From contig NC_061519.1 in assembly GCF_022379125.1 (NCBI RefSeq), positions 23,983,101 to 24,047,100 on the forward strand: 64,000 bases of DNA. Direction: 5' to 3'. Position 1 is the stretch's first letter. The number at the start of each line of letters is the position of its first letter. Origin of the DNA: Scophthalmus maximus. Lineage: Eukaryota. The notes under the pieces were generated by a model, which saw nothing but the letters and a program-made list of their open reading frames with translations, searched no databases and was not told where the DNA came from. The position numbers and the translations under genes were made by a program. Positions 1 through 26,266 of the stretch are shown here, in pieces.

Positions 1-2463
1 CACGCCCCGAGAGCTGCTGCGCCGCAGAAAATCCTCACAGGGTCTTTATGTGAAATCTGCGACATGATAAAGAGACGTCCAGCCTCACAGAGGATCTCGG
101 TCAACTGATTTCCATCAGGGATCGAAAACTACAATATCTCACCTTGTCTTTTCAGTTGGAGAGGATCTGAAACCTTCGTCTCCTTCCTGGCTGTGATGTG
201 CTGGTGGATTCACCTGGGAATGGGGGCGTGGCCAGTTTGAGGTCTACCTGAGTCTGTGGGAGGGGGAGAAGGCGTTTCCCAGCCGGTGGGAGACTCTGAC
301 TCACAAGGTTTGACTCATGAGTTTCACCGGCGTCAACAACATCGTGTGAAGAAATTCCCAAACATGATTGGAGCATGTTTTAAAAATAGAAAAATGCAGC
401 GATCATCAGACCACACACTCACAACCAGAGTGAAATTCGAACGGTGAGTCGTGGAAATTCACTAGCCCCCAGTATGAAGGTGTGTCCTGTTACCACAGCA
501 GAAATACTGTCAGGATATTAAATCCTCGCTGGTCAATCCACTCCTTAAAAAAAAAAAATGTTTTCACTATAGCTGCCAAAAGAAAACTATTTTTTGTCTG
601 ATTATTTTGCACTTTCAGAAATGCTCATTTTTGTGATTGATTTTGTTAATTTGATCAATTTGATCATTTTATCTCAACATGTTCATCCAAATTAGTGCGT
701 CAAACTAAGAAATCTTTAAATTGCCAGGGAGCAATTACTAAGATAACTATATTTTATAGACAAAATAACAAAATAAGCAGCAAAAGAAAGGTTTTGGAAA
801 ACTATTCACACTTTCACCAAATCAGAGTTAGATATAGAGATTAAGAATGAATGTTGGTACCTACGTCTACGTGACAAAAACGTAAGATTTGTTAGTTTGT
901 AAAGAAATGTATTTAGTTATTGTTGGAGGAAAAGGTTCTTCTGACATTATATTATTCCTTAATCAGTTGTCACAGTTTTTACCATCACAGAAATTAAGTG
1001 CAGAGATGCAGAATGGCAAACATGTTTATCCCCTTTTAGTTTCATAGTTGCAAGTGTTATTAACATTATTCATAATTATTATTATAGCACCAATTATCTA
1101 TCAATACGTTTTTCTAGAATACAAAAACTTTGATTGATAATAAATTTAAAGAGCCACTTATGTGTACTCGAGGGTGTGGTCAGTACTGTGACATCACGAG
1201 TGCAGGGTGTGGGTGAATCCAGGAATCTATATTCTTCATGGGAATCTGAAGAAGTGTTAACAGCTGCGGGACACGGACTCACTGACAAACAAGTTTATCT
1301 TGGTTTTTAACCTCACAAATACCAAGTCAGCGAGTGTTCAGTCTGTAGAAGGAAATTAATTGTTCTTGTTCACTTTCATTAAAGACCAAATGCACAGATT
1401 GACGTTTTTTTCTGACGATTTTTACATTGACATTTATTCCACATGAAGTTCTACAGTATATTGCACGTAAAAAAGGTATCACCAAATAACCAGATCAACC
1501 CAAAATAAATATGAGGCCTGTGTCATTCCAGTTATCTGACAAAGATTTACAGGTTTACAGTGAAGACATAATATGGCTGATGTATCGAACTTGACACCTG
1601 ATCAAAATGCTGTTTAATAATAATGTAAACTGGGGGAAAAACACAATATACACCATGTTACAAAATGAAGATATGCCCCATTCTTAACACTACTAACAAT
1701 GAAACATATTTCTCGCATGTATAAATAAAGTGATGCCTACGTTTACATATGATTGGCAATTATGCCCTAATACATAACTTAAAACTTATTCTCGGAAGTT
1801 ATATTAAAGCTTGTAACTTCTTGTGTGAACAGTTTGATTGCCTTTGGCACGCGCTAATTTTCAAATTTTATTGAAAGAAAATGATTTCCCAGAAGCTTTA
1901 AGAGACAAAGCTCCTTACAGTGATTCTTCAAAATGAGACAAATATCAAGAAAAAAAAATGAAACGTGTTTCATGATCCATAATCTGAAGAGCAGGATGTG
2001 AGGAAGTGGTTTCACTGCAGCCCTGAACCACAGACTAATGCATCACACACTGTATTTCTAAGGCACTATTATTATTATTATTATTATAAGTAAGAAAGGC
2101 ACTCCTCCCAATGAGTACTGTATAGATCATCTCTACCACTGGTCAGTAAAAGATCCAGGTTTTTAAATATGAATAAATAAACTTTGACGAGACTCTAAGC
2201 AGCACTTACAAGTTAAAATCATCAAGTCCAGAAAATGTCTTTAATAAATCTATGTTCCATCCAAATTCGTGATTTAATTACATCGTTTAAAATCCCACTT
2301 TCTAAAAAAAGACAACACAGTTAGTGTCACACGTTGGCACAACGCCCGAGAGGCAGATATGATAGTTCGTGTACCTCAGTTCCTCCCGTAAAGAGAAAAC
2401 GCTGATCTGATGTCTGGATGCCAGTATTACTTTTTGCAAAAGGGAACTGGTTTGAAGTTTTGT

Positions 2464-3418
2464 TCAAACGTATTCTCGGTTCTCAATGTCCTTCTTGATG
2501 GCTTTTTTAATGCGGTCGATTTCATCTTCGTCTGAACTGTCATATTTATATTCTTTCACTTTCTCGTCGTTGTCCAGAGCAGCCACGTCCTCGTCGCCGC
2601 CCTCCGTCGTGGTCGACTGCAGCTCCTCCCGTATCCCGTTGAGCTCCACCAGACCGTCGTGCAGTTGCGTCGCCACGTCGCGGATTTTGGCAGCGAACTC
2701 CGACTTGGCCCCTTTCTTGAGTTCCTTGGAGTCTTTGGCCACAAAGTAGATGTCCATGCCGACAAAGAGTCCGGTGAGCACACCGGTGGCCATGCTGGCG
2801 ATCTGGACCGCCCTGGCCGCCGTGCTGCCGGCCACGTTGGCGATCTGAACCACGCGCATGATCTCGTTGGCGTTGACGAGGATCGCTTTCCCCGCCATGG
2901 CCCCGTCCTCGTAGAAGCTGCTGGTGAGCGCGGGGAAGTCGCGGTTGTACGCGCTCTTTTTGATCTTGATCAGGTCGAACCGGCGCAGGTTCTCGATTCC
3001 CTGCTTGACGAACTTCAGGCACTTGTTCAGGTCCACCATCTTCTCCTGGTAGTCCTCCACGATCTTCTCCACCTTCTTGCGGTCCATCGAGTTGTTGACC
3101 TGGTTGGAGATGCCGGCGCCCGCCGACGTCAGGCCGCCCGCCGTGGCGACGCCCAGCCCCACCGCCGTCACGATCAAGGAGACTCCCATGGTGACCGGGG
3201 CCAGGGCGAGGCCGGCGATGGTGGCGACGCCCCCGACGGCGCTGGTGGAGCCGCCGGTGATTTGAGCGATCTTCGTCTTCTTGTTGAATTTGTCCAAGCT
3301 GTCGGCGATGCCGTTGAGGTCGATGACGTGCTGCCAGAGGCTCTCGGCGCGCTCCGAGAACAGCTTGTTGAAGACGCGGATTCCCTTCTGCACCTTTTCG
3401 GCCGTCAAAGCGAACGCC
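2464..3418 (-). CDS. Apolipoprotein L (ApoL) family protein, large terminal coding exon (stop codon at 2464-2466)
   Basis: Minus-strand ORF of 332 aa. ApoL hallmarks are present: a Gly/Ala/Val-rich membrane-addressing/pore-like segment (ITGGSTSAVGGVATIAGLALAPVTMGVSLIVTAVGLGVATAGG), flanking amphipathic helices, and a C-terminal acidic/leucine-zipper-like tail. The upstream acceptor tctcttctcag lies at ~3419-3423. GC-rich antisense ORFs on the plus strand are artefacts. Confidence 0.75.
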
Positions 3419-3499
3419 CTGAGAAGAGAGAAGAGTTGTCCCCGCTGGTTACATACCACCATAAGTAGGGCGGGGGTTGCCTAGGAGCCCTTTACTTAC

Positions 3500-3551
3500 T
3501 TGGCCTCTTCTTTTTCTGTCATGTCCTCGTCTTGAGGCGTGTCTTCCCATT
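3500..3551 (-). CDS. ApoL-like gene, internal coding exon (..WEDTPQDEDMTEKEEAK)
   Basis: Acceptor ttcctcag and donor gtaagt on the minus strand. The reading frame joins in phase to the large exon, giving ..EEAK|AFALTAEKVQ. Confidence 0.5.
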
Positions 3552-3818
3552 CTGAGGAAATAACGTGAAAGGAAGAAAGAACCATTAATAGCCTTATCAT
3601 GAGGTAACATACATTAGATTGCCACCGGAACATGTTGAACGTATCATTTTCAAAGCACCGACATAACGGCGCCGAGCTTTGTGCACTGCTCTGTACACCA
3701 CTGTCTGAAATGTTTATGCTGCGAGATCAAAATTGCTCCTATTTTGAATTTTACATTATAGAAGTGAATAAAAGTTCGGCACTCGAGCTCGAAACCCGAA
3801 GAACGCTGAACAACTTAC

Positions 3819-3843
3819 GCTCCACTGTGTTCCACCACTCCAT
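3819..3843 (-). CDS. ApoL-like gene, putative first coding exon containing the ATG (MEWWNTVE..)
   Basis: ATG (gatctcATGG) is followed 25 nt later by donor gtaagt. The split codon c|aa completes in frame with exon 3500-3551. A 5'UTR exon probably lies further upstream, at ~3985-4130. Confidence 0.4.
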
Positions 3844-4590
3844 GAGATCCTCCACCTCCTGAAAGACACCATCACATTTGTATGGGTTGGCATGTTTTGC
3901 CGTCTATGACTGGTTGATAATGCATCAGACTGTATTCAAAATGGATATTCTGTGATATGTTTTCAGTTTTAGAGGTCAACCTGATTTCTTTCAGGCTGAG
4001 CTGGGTCAATACGGAAATCCTCCAGCTGGTCAAACAAGGTCCTGGTTCCACCTTCATTCTGAGACCACAGGAAAAATACATCTTACACATCACATGTGTA
4101 AACAAGTATTTGAAATCCCGACAAGACACAATCTCTGGTTCTGCAGTGTAGCTGAAGTATACGTCAAGACAAGACTTATAATTACTTATCTTACTTAGGT
4201 ATGTGAATAAATATGTTCAGTTTCCCTTTTTATTCTGTGCGTGTGCTCAGATCGAGAGGAGGAAGTGATGGCAAATGGGGATTCTGAATACACGCACTTG
4301 TTTCTACGGGTTTTTTTGCAGAAGTAACACGAGCAAAAAAAAAATCTTTCATAGACTTGAAAAAAAGGAAGCACCGAAACAAGTCTGGCCACATTGCAAC
4401 CTAATCTCCTCTCCTCGTCGGTGTCGAGGGCGTGCGCAAACACTGGGTGAAGGAGTGGGGGTGGGTTTCATGTCAGCAGAGGAGGGAGGCATAACAACAA
4501 CACAACAGGTATAATAGTCCCTGTTGGGAGCTGAGTGGATGCCCGGGAGACAAACTCTGTAAATAACTGCAAGCCAGACGTTGTTTTCAG

Positions 4591-4617
4591 GGAGGAGGAG
4601 GAGGAGGAGGAGGAGGA
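4591..4617. repeat. (GGA)n trinucleotide microsatellite in the ApoL upstream region
   Basis: ggaggaggaggaggaggaggaggaagg read directly. Confidence 0.9.
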
Positions 4618-5450
4618 AGGGTCATGTGACTGAAACAGACCTTTTGTAATCCTGAGGCACAATGAGTGAGACGGCAACAGAAAAGATATACCGACAAGAC
4701 TCGTGGGAAACTGTCGGGAGTTTTGTAGTTTAATGCTCAGTGTCAGAAGGATCTAATAAAACATTTTTGATGGAGCCTTTTTATTTTTTTCCCTACCTCC
4801 GCTGCGTCGTCCTGTGCAGGCCTCTGTACAACTTTGGCCTGAAGCAAATGAAAGACAAACACACAGTTAAAGCAGTTGTAATATCAATATAAATGTTGAT
4901 TTTGGGTAGATATTGGGTTCCAAAAGAATCCAGACAATTACAAAATATTAAAGGCACAGTAACTTAAAAAAAAAATATCTTCAAATCAGCAGCTAAGCAG
5001 CTACATCTACAGCAACAGTATTGCTTTTGCAATTTTAGCAATAACATACTTCATATTTTCAGTGAGCAGCAAGAACGATGCCGACAGGTGACGAACTAAA
5101 CACTGAATGAAAAGGGCGTCGACACAAAACGGACGCCTCCGCACAGGTCACGAAGGCTCACGGGTGATTGGATCGGTAGTGACATCACGGTTGCAAAGTC
5201 CCAACGCAGAGTGACACCAACACGAGAGGGGAAATGTCGGCGCTTGAGGGAATTATTTATTTTAGAATGTAAGGTGGTGATTGGAAACTTTATGAAGCTG
5301 TTCTTTATAAAGTTGATCTTTGTTCCTGTATTTGCCTTTCTCCGTCTCTCTTTTATTGACTTCTTTGCCAGAATGATAAGGATTATTACTTCCTCTAGCT
5401 CTGCTTTGCCCCTTTGAGAGAAAAAAGGTTGGAGGTGCAGTTCCAGACTC

Positions 5451-17962
<12,512 letters not shown>

Positions 17963-19870
17963 CGGCGTCTCTTCGTCCTTCTCGTCGGTGTTCGCGTGCA
18001 ACTCAGGGTTGAACCGACGTCAGAGGAAACGTTTCGGTCCTCAGAGTCGGAGAGTCGTCGACATCGACCCCGCGTCGATCGATACCGTCGGTGGTTTTCC
18101 AGTCGCGCCGATGTGAAGTTTAAGATCCTCCTCCTCCTCCTCCTCGGTGGAAAAAAATAAAAAAAAATGTCTGGAGACCAAGAGACTTCCCTCTGATCCC
18201 TCACGCTCCGGATGAACCGGGGCAGACTCTTGTAGTCACCTGGGCGTGTCCTGGGCGTGTCCTGGGCGTGTCCGTCTCACCTGTGGGGACTGGAGGACAC
18301 AGGTAACAGCCCTGGTGCTGCGTTCAAGTGCAGGTGAGGAATTCTCGCTTGCTGGCGCGATGCAATGGGTAAAAGACGCTTTGGGCCAGCGGCGAAGGAA
18401 ATACTGACAGGATTTAAATGACCTTTTCTCAAAATACAAACCATGCAAAGAAGACCGAGTAATTAATGAAAGATATTTAATTTTGTTTAATTTAAACGTT
18501 TGCAACGTTCATCCAAAATGAAGCAGCTTGTTGGGTATTAATAGCGGAGCTTGGAAGTCAACAATCACTTTCCAAATAATAAACCCGTCCCATGTCTGCG
18601 TGGGCAAACAGCCAAACTCTATTATTAATATTCCATTTTTATCACACCCACATCAGTTGCACAATTTCATACTGCTTCATGTTGATGAGAAAGCCCGTGC
18701 AAAATAAAAGCAGTTCCAAGTGCATTTAATAAAGTTGGCTGCCAACCCATAATATAATATGGATTTATTCAATAACCGACCGATTATGGAATGAATGAAT
18801 GAATGAATCCAGTCATGAGTTAAACTGGGGTTGTCTAGCGTAGCCTATGGCCAATAATGTCAGCTATTTATGGGATAGTTGTAGCAGGAATGTGACAAAC
18901 TGATTTTTGGCATCATCGCCACATATCAAAGCATAACATATGCACATAATTTTGACCTTCATGGCAACATATTTTTAACATGATTAAAAGTTAACATTTG
19001 TAGCATAAAGAGATGATTGTATCTGTCTGACCAAACAAATACACATGGACTAAATCCAAAACTTTAGCTTGGAAGCAATATTTAAAAAATTGATTTTTAG
19101 AACTCAGTTTTGTTTACATAACGTTTTACGATGGCTCATTGTCTCACAGATAAGGGAGTTGTAAAATCATTAGCTGATAAGCTATGTATACACGTCTGCC
19201 ACTCAACTCTCATCGTTTATCTTATGCAGTTTCCATAAAACGTGTAAAATATAAAATGATCGTGAATCTGAGCTATTAGTTTAATTTACAAAATCTGACG
19301 ATCACAAGATGGTCACCACTTCATTGTTGAAACCCGAAAAGTAAAAGAAATGTTACCAATCAAATGCAAATCCTGACAAACTCATCACTGACAGATTTGT
19401 TAAACAAAAAAAGAAGTATTTAATACAATATTTTTAGGGTAAAGCCAGGTTTTCTTATTTAATCATTTAAAAAAATATATTAAATCAAACAACAAATTGT
19501 CAAGTGCAAATTGTTTATTGTCAAAGAAAATTAGAATAACTTGATTGGTATACCCATTCCACGTCAGAAGTTTTAATATTACACATTCCCATTTTCCTTC
19601 AATTATATTTCCATAATAACTCCATAATAAATTCAGTTCACAAAAAACTATATCATAATTTTTTTTAAAGCTTGTCATTCTTTTTATACTTGCTTGTTAT
19701 ATTTGCAAGTTCTTTTAGTCTAAATTAAAGGCACCTGTAAACAAGACATAATTAGACCATTACAGCTTTTACACTTCATTTTACATTTTCCATCATTGAA
19801 GAACAAACAAAAAAAAGCTAAATATTCCCTTAATCTTTGGTTAGTGTAGTGAGCAAAGTGTATTTCTGAA

Positions 19871-19990
19871 TTATTCCTTCCAGGAGAGAAAGTAGAGCTT
19901 CCCCTGTCGGTCAGCACAAACCAGTTCAGTGGGTTTTTCAGGATTCACCTCCAAAAGCTGGACAGGACCTCCGCACACGAACATGCCAAC
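19871..19990 (-). CDS. tep1: TEP1 terminal coding exon (VGMFVCGGPVQLLEVNPEKPTELVCADRQGKLYFLSWKE*)
   Basis: Acceptor ctcctccag on the minus strand; 120 nt including the stop codon. Confidence 0.55.
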   Translation of the reverse strand, partial: VGMFVCGGPVQLLEVNPEKPTELVCADRQGKLYFLSWKE

Positions 19991-22900
19991 CTGGAGGAGG
20001 AGAGAAAAGAGACGGAGAGGAGCACAAAGAGCAGAACATGACTTATTGAAAGATGAAATATAATATATTAAAAACCTCAGTTCAGGGGAATTAATCGATT
20101 TGTGAAAATGCTGCATAGGCAGGGAGCGCGGCCTCTTGACTGGATTAACACACATTTGTTAGTTTGAACTTATAATGAAAATAAATTAAACATCTAATTA
20201 AATATTGAATTATTATAATTATTATATTATAATTTCACTGTGTTTAATAAAGGGATCTTAATCAAACCGAATCAAAAGAATTACCAGTGGAGCCAGAGGA
20301 AATTAATGCTACTCCGCTAGTTAGCATTCAGTGCTAATTTAGCTTGCATTCCTTTGTCTCTCCATTTTGATGTACGATTTAGATATTATATAATTTTCAC
20401 GGCATAAAAAATACTAAAGTTTTGAGCATCAAAATATATATTTTTAGTGAAAACAAAGAGGGAAAGTCGATCAAAACTACAGCACATCGCCAGACTTTTC
20501 CATTACATACTGTACCTGTTTCTTGGTGATTCTGTCCCACAGCTTCACCGTCCGGTCGTAGGAAGCTGAGACAATGGTGCTGTTGGTGAGTCTCAGCACA
20601 CTGATCCTGTCACTGTGAGCCTGAAAATAAAACATAACCAAAATCAGCACACAAAAAACATCTTAAAGCGATGCACAATAATTTCAGATTTTGCCTTTAT
20701 TTCCTTGCAGGACCTAAATAAAATTGCTTAACCTCAAAATAGTATTCAAGTTGAGTTCATTGAGTCATTTGCCACCACTGCAATATGAAAATATGCAGTT
20801 ATCCTTATGTTCTCTGTCAAGAGTCTCTTACAGGTTTCCTGCTGCTCCATGGCGTCACCTCTGACGGCTGGTTAAACCACATGTTTCCCTTCATATCTCC
20901 ACACACCACAAACTCTGGAAAAACATTCATCAAATTAGGGTTATCACATAACACAAAATAAATTATTGATAAAGCTGGCAGGTACAGAGGCAGAAGTTCT
21001 AGTAAATATGTGTTGAAATAAGAGCAGTGACTATAATTTCAAAGTGGGAAAGGTGCTTTTCTGAATAGACAGAATAGCTCATCACCCCTCGATTAGAACA
21101 CATGCAGTAATAAAAAAAAAGTAAATAAAAAATACATGCTAAACATATTCTATTCCATGAATGATAATATATCATAGATCGTGTGATACCAAAAGATTAA
21201 TCTGGAAAATACAGGAAAAGATCGATTGATTCCATAAAAACAGTTGTGAGCTGCAGCCCTAGTTTTGTACCTCTGTCCACAGTTGCTGCTGTTATCGGGG
21301 TTCTCTTCTTCTTCTCCTCCTCCTCTTCCTCCTCGCACTCCTGGAAAGCTGGACTGAGACTGTTTTTGGGTGTCATGGTAAACTGGGGAAGGAGAGGACA
21401 ATGTCACTGTGGAGTCCGACAATTATGTTTGGACTTCATTTGGTATAATGATAATGTGCCTCCTACGACGGACAGAAGGAAAACAAGTACACTGGTACGT
21501 TTGTTTTTACGAAAGAAGGTTTCACTATAAAATATACTCAAATATACAATATTTGTTTTTGAGCATGATCCCGAGAGGAAGAGCAAACGTCTTCTAATAT
21601 TTTCTTTGCCCTTTTCGCCACCAGAATGGAGACGGCAGTGTAATATTAGTCTGCTTACTGTACAACAAGGACATTGAGAATATGAGCTGCAGCAGGCTCG
21701 GCAAAACTCACAACGAAGCCGATGTTTACGTGTCCGTCTTCTTCGCCCACCAGCCACATGCTTTTCTCGTCGTTAGGGATCGAACCCAACAAGCGGACTC
21801 GCCGGTGCCAGCTGCAAACGGACAAAACGCAAAAAGGAGCTTTTGAGGTCGAGTCAACATTTCAAAAACCTTGAGTCTTAAAAAGTAAATCCACGCAGTG
21901 TATTAGAAAAATTTCTAAAATTGAAGCTGTGTATTAAATAAACAATATTTGTCAGGTTCAGCTAACTAGCCATGTTTGATTTAGAATACTTTGGCTGACA
22001 AAAACATCATCATTAACATTCTAGACAGTTTCCAAAACTGTGCGATCACCTCCTCCAGAGGTGGGTTCAATGAGGGAAAGTTAAAACTTACATGATGATG
22101 AAAACTTGCAGGAGGAAGTGTGTTTTCTCAAACAATATGTATAAACCTAATCATCAGCCTTGGACAAAGATCCGGATGAAGATTCTTACTTGTATATTTG
22201 ATTGTCTTTGTTTGCGACGTCAAACAGTGTTCCGTTGTCGGACACTCCGGTCAGGGCAGCGCAGAAGAAGAGGTGGACCACTGGATCTTTCACCGCGTAC
22301 GATGTTACCTTCACCAGGCTGGTGGCAACAGAAACACGGAACAAAGCGAATCAAACTTATTTAACCTAATCACAAGAAATCCCAACTGTCTTGTCTTTGA
22401 CTTGGAGGCGTCTCCCCTAACAAAACCAGGGAGTGTTGGCTTTCAGTTTGAATGTATGTTTGTATGGAAGCTTGTAGTGTCACTGTTTTGTCGTCATCTA
22501 CCTTCCGACGCTGTGCTCTTGATTCCACACCAGCTTCCACACATCCACACAACCGTTCGACTGGGCGACAGCAAACTGTCTGCGAGGCATGGAGCAGATC
22601 GCCGTGACGCAGCTGTCTGAAGCCTGACACAAACGGACTAACTGCGTCATTACACGCGCACAAAAAAAACCAAACACATACAAGTTCTGTATAATTCCCC
22701 TTTCTGGAGCGTTTTTTTTCCCTCACCTGCTTGAGACAAACCACGGTGTTGCGCTGCCACAACTCCAGCAAACCGGACGCATAACCAGCGAGACACAGAT
22801 CCTCTTTCTGGGAGAAGCACAGCGCTGTGACAGGTTCTGAGCGGCTGAGAAGACGCTCTGAGCAGACAACACACAGAACAGAGGTGACGTTTCAAAAAAA

Positions 22901-25900
22901 TAAAACAGCTGCAAAATAATTTGTATTGTAACCATTTTTTTTTTTTCTCGTATCAAAGGAACCGCTTCACCGACAGCCGCAGGAGTCTCAGGTCACAATC
23001 TGCATATCTACATAGTCACAAAATATACAATATTACTTGTTGTCCATGTCCAGGAACGCAGTGAGAAGTCTTCAGACACGGTGAGGAACTCCGGGACGCC
23101 TTGCTTGCGAACAACTCCGTGAATCGCACCGCTGTGACCCTGGAAGGTGTTGAAGTGCTGCATCTGTACGTAAACGGACAGAATAAATAAAATAATAGTG
23201 AATAAAAATGATGACTACAGACTAGAACTAAAGATGAGCATAAATCAGAGAAGATGTGCAGAAAGAACATTGATCGTGAAACTAATTTCGCATGAAGATT
23301 AATGGTCGCTTACAAAAAGAGGAAGAGCATAAATGAGGAGGAAGAACATGAACATGAGGACAAAACTGATATATAGTAAAATGACAGAAATATTTTGAGT
23401 ATTTCACTTTGACCGTCAGACCTGTAGTGGTTTCCAGAGCTGCACTGTTCCGTCACCAGACGCAGTGAAAACAGTCATTTCTTCGGAGTTGACGTCTTTG
23501 TTCATGTCTTAAAACCAAGGCAAGATTTAATGTAAAAATCGGGCTTGTAGGTCTCATTACATTGTACAATGTGAAAGGAGAGACAAAATAGAAAGCGCGC
23601 ACAGAGCAGTTTACCTGTATTCGCGAGGAGAGAGCAGTGGTGTATGCGCTGTTTGTGGGCAGCGATGTGGCAGATTTCTATGTTGGTTTCCCATTCCCAC
23701 ACGTGCAGCGCTCCCTCGGCACCGCCGGCGATCACATACTGTCCCTGCAGACAAATGACAAACACAAAGTCAACACAGACGTTCCTTTATGAAGCCGAAA
23801 AAGAAAAAAGGAAGATGTTTTTAATTTCTCTGGTTGACTAATTGTCTCACCAGACAGCACACAGAGGTGAGAGGACCACTCCAGGAGATTTCTCCCAGCT
23901 GCTTGCCGGCCTGCAGATCCCACAGACAAAGCCTGCCGTCGTTGGAGGAGCTAATCTGGAAGAGACAGACGAAGACAAAGTTTCTGGGGTCACGATAGTA
24001 AACAGGGGGAAGACGTCGAACACAAGTTAGTTACAGATCTTCATAAGAAAAAAATATGATGACGACTCACCGCACAGCCTGGAGTCCAGACGCAGCCGGT
24101 GATCCAGTCTCTGTGAGCGTGAGGGAGAGACTTGGAAAGAACAGGAGGAGACGAGCTCGTATCCCACAGCATCAGGGCCTGAGACCAGGACACAACGCAG
24201 CCAGGCGGAAACAACGGTTGGATTAAGACATACATCCAACGGGGTTACAGCTTGTGTCCCCCTTTCAAATTTATAATGTAAAGAAAAGAAAATTACTATA
24301 AATAGTCAATTAAGGCTTTTAAAAAATATTTATTTCGTTCAATTTGGATAATGTGTTTCTAAGACTGCAGAATAGAGGTTTGGAATTAAATACCTTTTAT
24401 AGAAAGAAAGAAAAAAATCTAAACTCAAGATTCACTTCCTTTCCTTCTCCGGTAACTTTCAACTGTATCTCACAGATCATATGAAACTTTACTCGCAAGA
24501 CTTACAGAACTTTAGCCAAGTGATAAACAAGTGATTGTACACAAGAAAGGTTAATTCGCTGAAGAAGGCCATGGGATGCAATCTACAGCTCTGGAAAAAG
24601 CTATAAAGTGGGGTGTGAGTTTTTTAAACCACAAAGGAAATAGTCTGCAAATAGTGTCAAACTCTGCACAAACATGATTCTGCACAGTGAAGATAAAACA
24701 CATTTTTGAGCTTTTGGGATTTTTGGGATTCAAATATTACAAAAGTAATAATGCAAAAAAAGGAGTACTAACCCTAAATGATCTTTCATCATAAACAGAT
24801 GAATAAACAGACATAATTCTACCTTATCCTTTCCACCGGAGAGAAGCCGTCCACCATCGGGGCTGAAGGCCAGAGAGGTGACTCCCCCACTGTGGCCCCT
24901 CAGCAACGCATGAGCCTCGTCATAGTGGTCGACCACCAACTCGCTCAACAACCACAGAGCGATGCTGCAGTTATCTGATTCAAAGGGAAACACAGACGGG
25001 CAAATAATAAGACATTTATTGGCAGAAAGAAAAGCACAAATATTCTACGGTGTCGCCTGGAAACCATGAGGAAAACACCTGTGACCTTTACCTGAAGCTG
25101 TAGCCAGGTAGGTGGAGTTTTGAGCCAGGGCCAGGACGACGCCCGGTTGCCCACCGAACATTCCCGACATTTTCAGGCCCTCCATCGTTCCGTCCTCTCC
25201 CTTTTCTCTCTTCCAGATTCTCAGACGTTTGTCGCTTCCTCCGGACACCAGCAGCTCGGGTTCAGTGTGATCCGCGTCCGGAGCGACCCACAGCAGGCAG
25301 AGTATGGACTCATCGAGGTCCTTGGTTGACCAAATCATTTTACCTGGGATGAAAATAAAATCATATTTGGTTTGTTTGTGTACAAAGTACATTATGTTCT
25401 TTTTGTGCAATGTATTAATGGAGGGTGGAGGAAGATGAGAAGAAGACAGGAGAGAAATAGAGGTTACTGAAGTGAGTCAGGTTTAAGATCAAGTACTGTT
25501 CATACTGCATGTACCAGTCACTGCAACATACACACTGATATACAGTATATCCACGTTTGATACCCTTTCACAACATTTCTCAGAAAGTGAGGCAGGAAAT
25601 ACAGACAGAAGAGTGAGAAAAATAAAAAAAGGAGGAAAATTACAAATACTCGCAGTCGTATATGTGCAGTAAATGTGGCAGTAGCTTGAATCGAGACTGA
25701 TCATTTCAGTCTGTATAGTACGGTTTTCATGTTGCATAAATAATAATGTACCTGCAGCTCTATGGATAAAAACTCAAGTAAACTGTTTGCTGCGAGTAAA
25801 TAATTTAAAATCATTCCTTCTCATTCTCCTTCAAGCCATCCTCCTCCTACCTGTACTCGTTCTGGCTGCTTAGCGTCTTCCAAGGATTAAATCTTACAAA

Positions 25901-26216
25901 TGAGATATTTCCTGGCTCGTGTGCAGTACACACCTGAGTCGAGACTGAAGAGTTTGATGCCTTCACCGTGATATCCCACAGCAGCACAGTCTCCACTGAC
26001 AGCCACACACAGTGCAGCAGAGTTTGCAGTCTTGAGTTTCTTCTGTGGTGGCTCCTGGTCACACTGAAAAACACAAACGGATATGAGGAGAAATGTTTTA
26101 TTTTTGGAAGAAATAGCTGAAGTTAATTTTTTCAGTATCGTAATAAACTAATACGTCTCATCAGCTGCTCACAAAAGTTTTGCTTTCAATCTTAACACCT
26201 CTTGTTAGATGGTAAC

Positions 26217-26266
<50 letters not shown>

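Noticed and set aside
60-157. Possible terminal coding exon on the minus strand at the window start (translation ..GNQLTEILCEAGRLFIMSQISHKDPVRIFCGAAALGA, donor-like ctcacctt at 150-157)
   Set aside because: Too short and truncated by the window edge to assign to any gene. Reported only as a possibility.
2546-3468. Long GC-rich ORFs on the plus strand and in alternative minus frames (158 aa, 269 aa) overlapping the ApoL exon
   Set aside because: They are antisense or out-of-frame shadows of a GC-rich coding exon. Only the ApoL frame gives a recognisable protein with proper splice junctions.
22092-22956. Several 60-140-aa plus- and minus-strand ORFs in the 22.1-22.9 kb interval
   Set aside because: They overlap minus-strand TEP1 WD-repeat exons, or are antisense or frame-shifted shadows of them. 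No independent splice or homology support.
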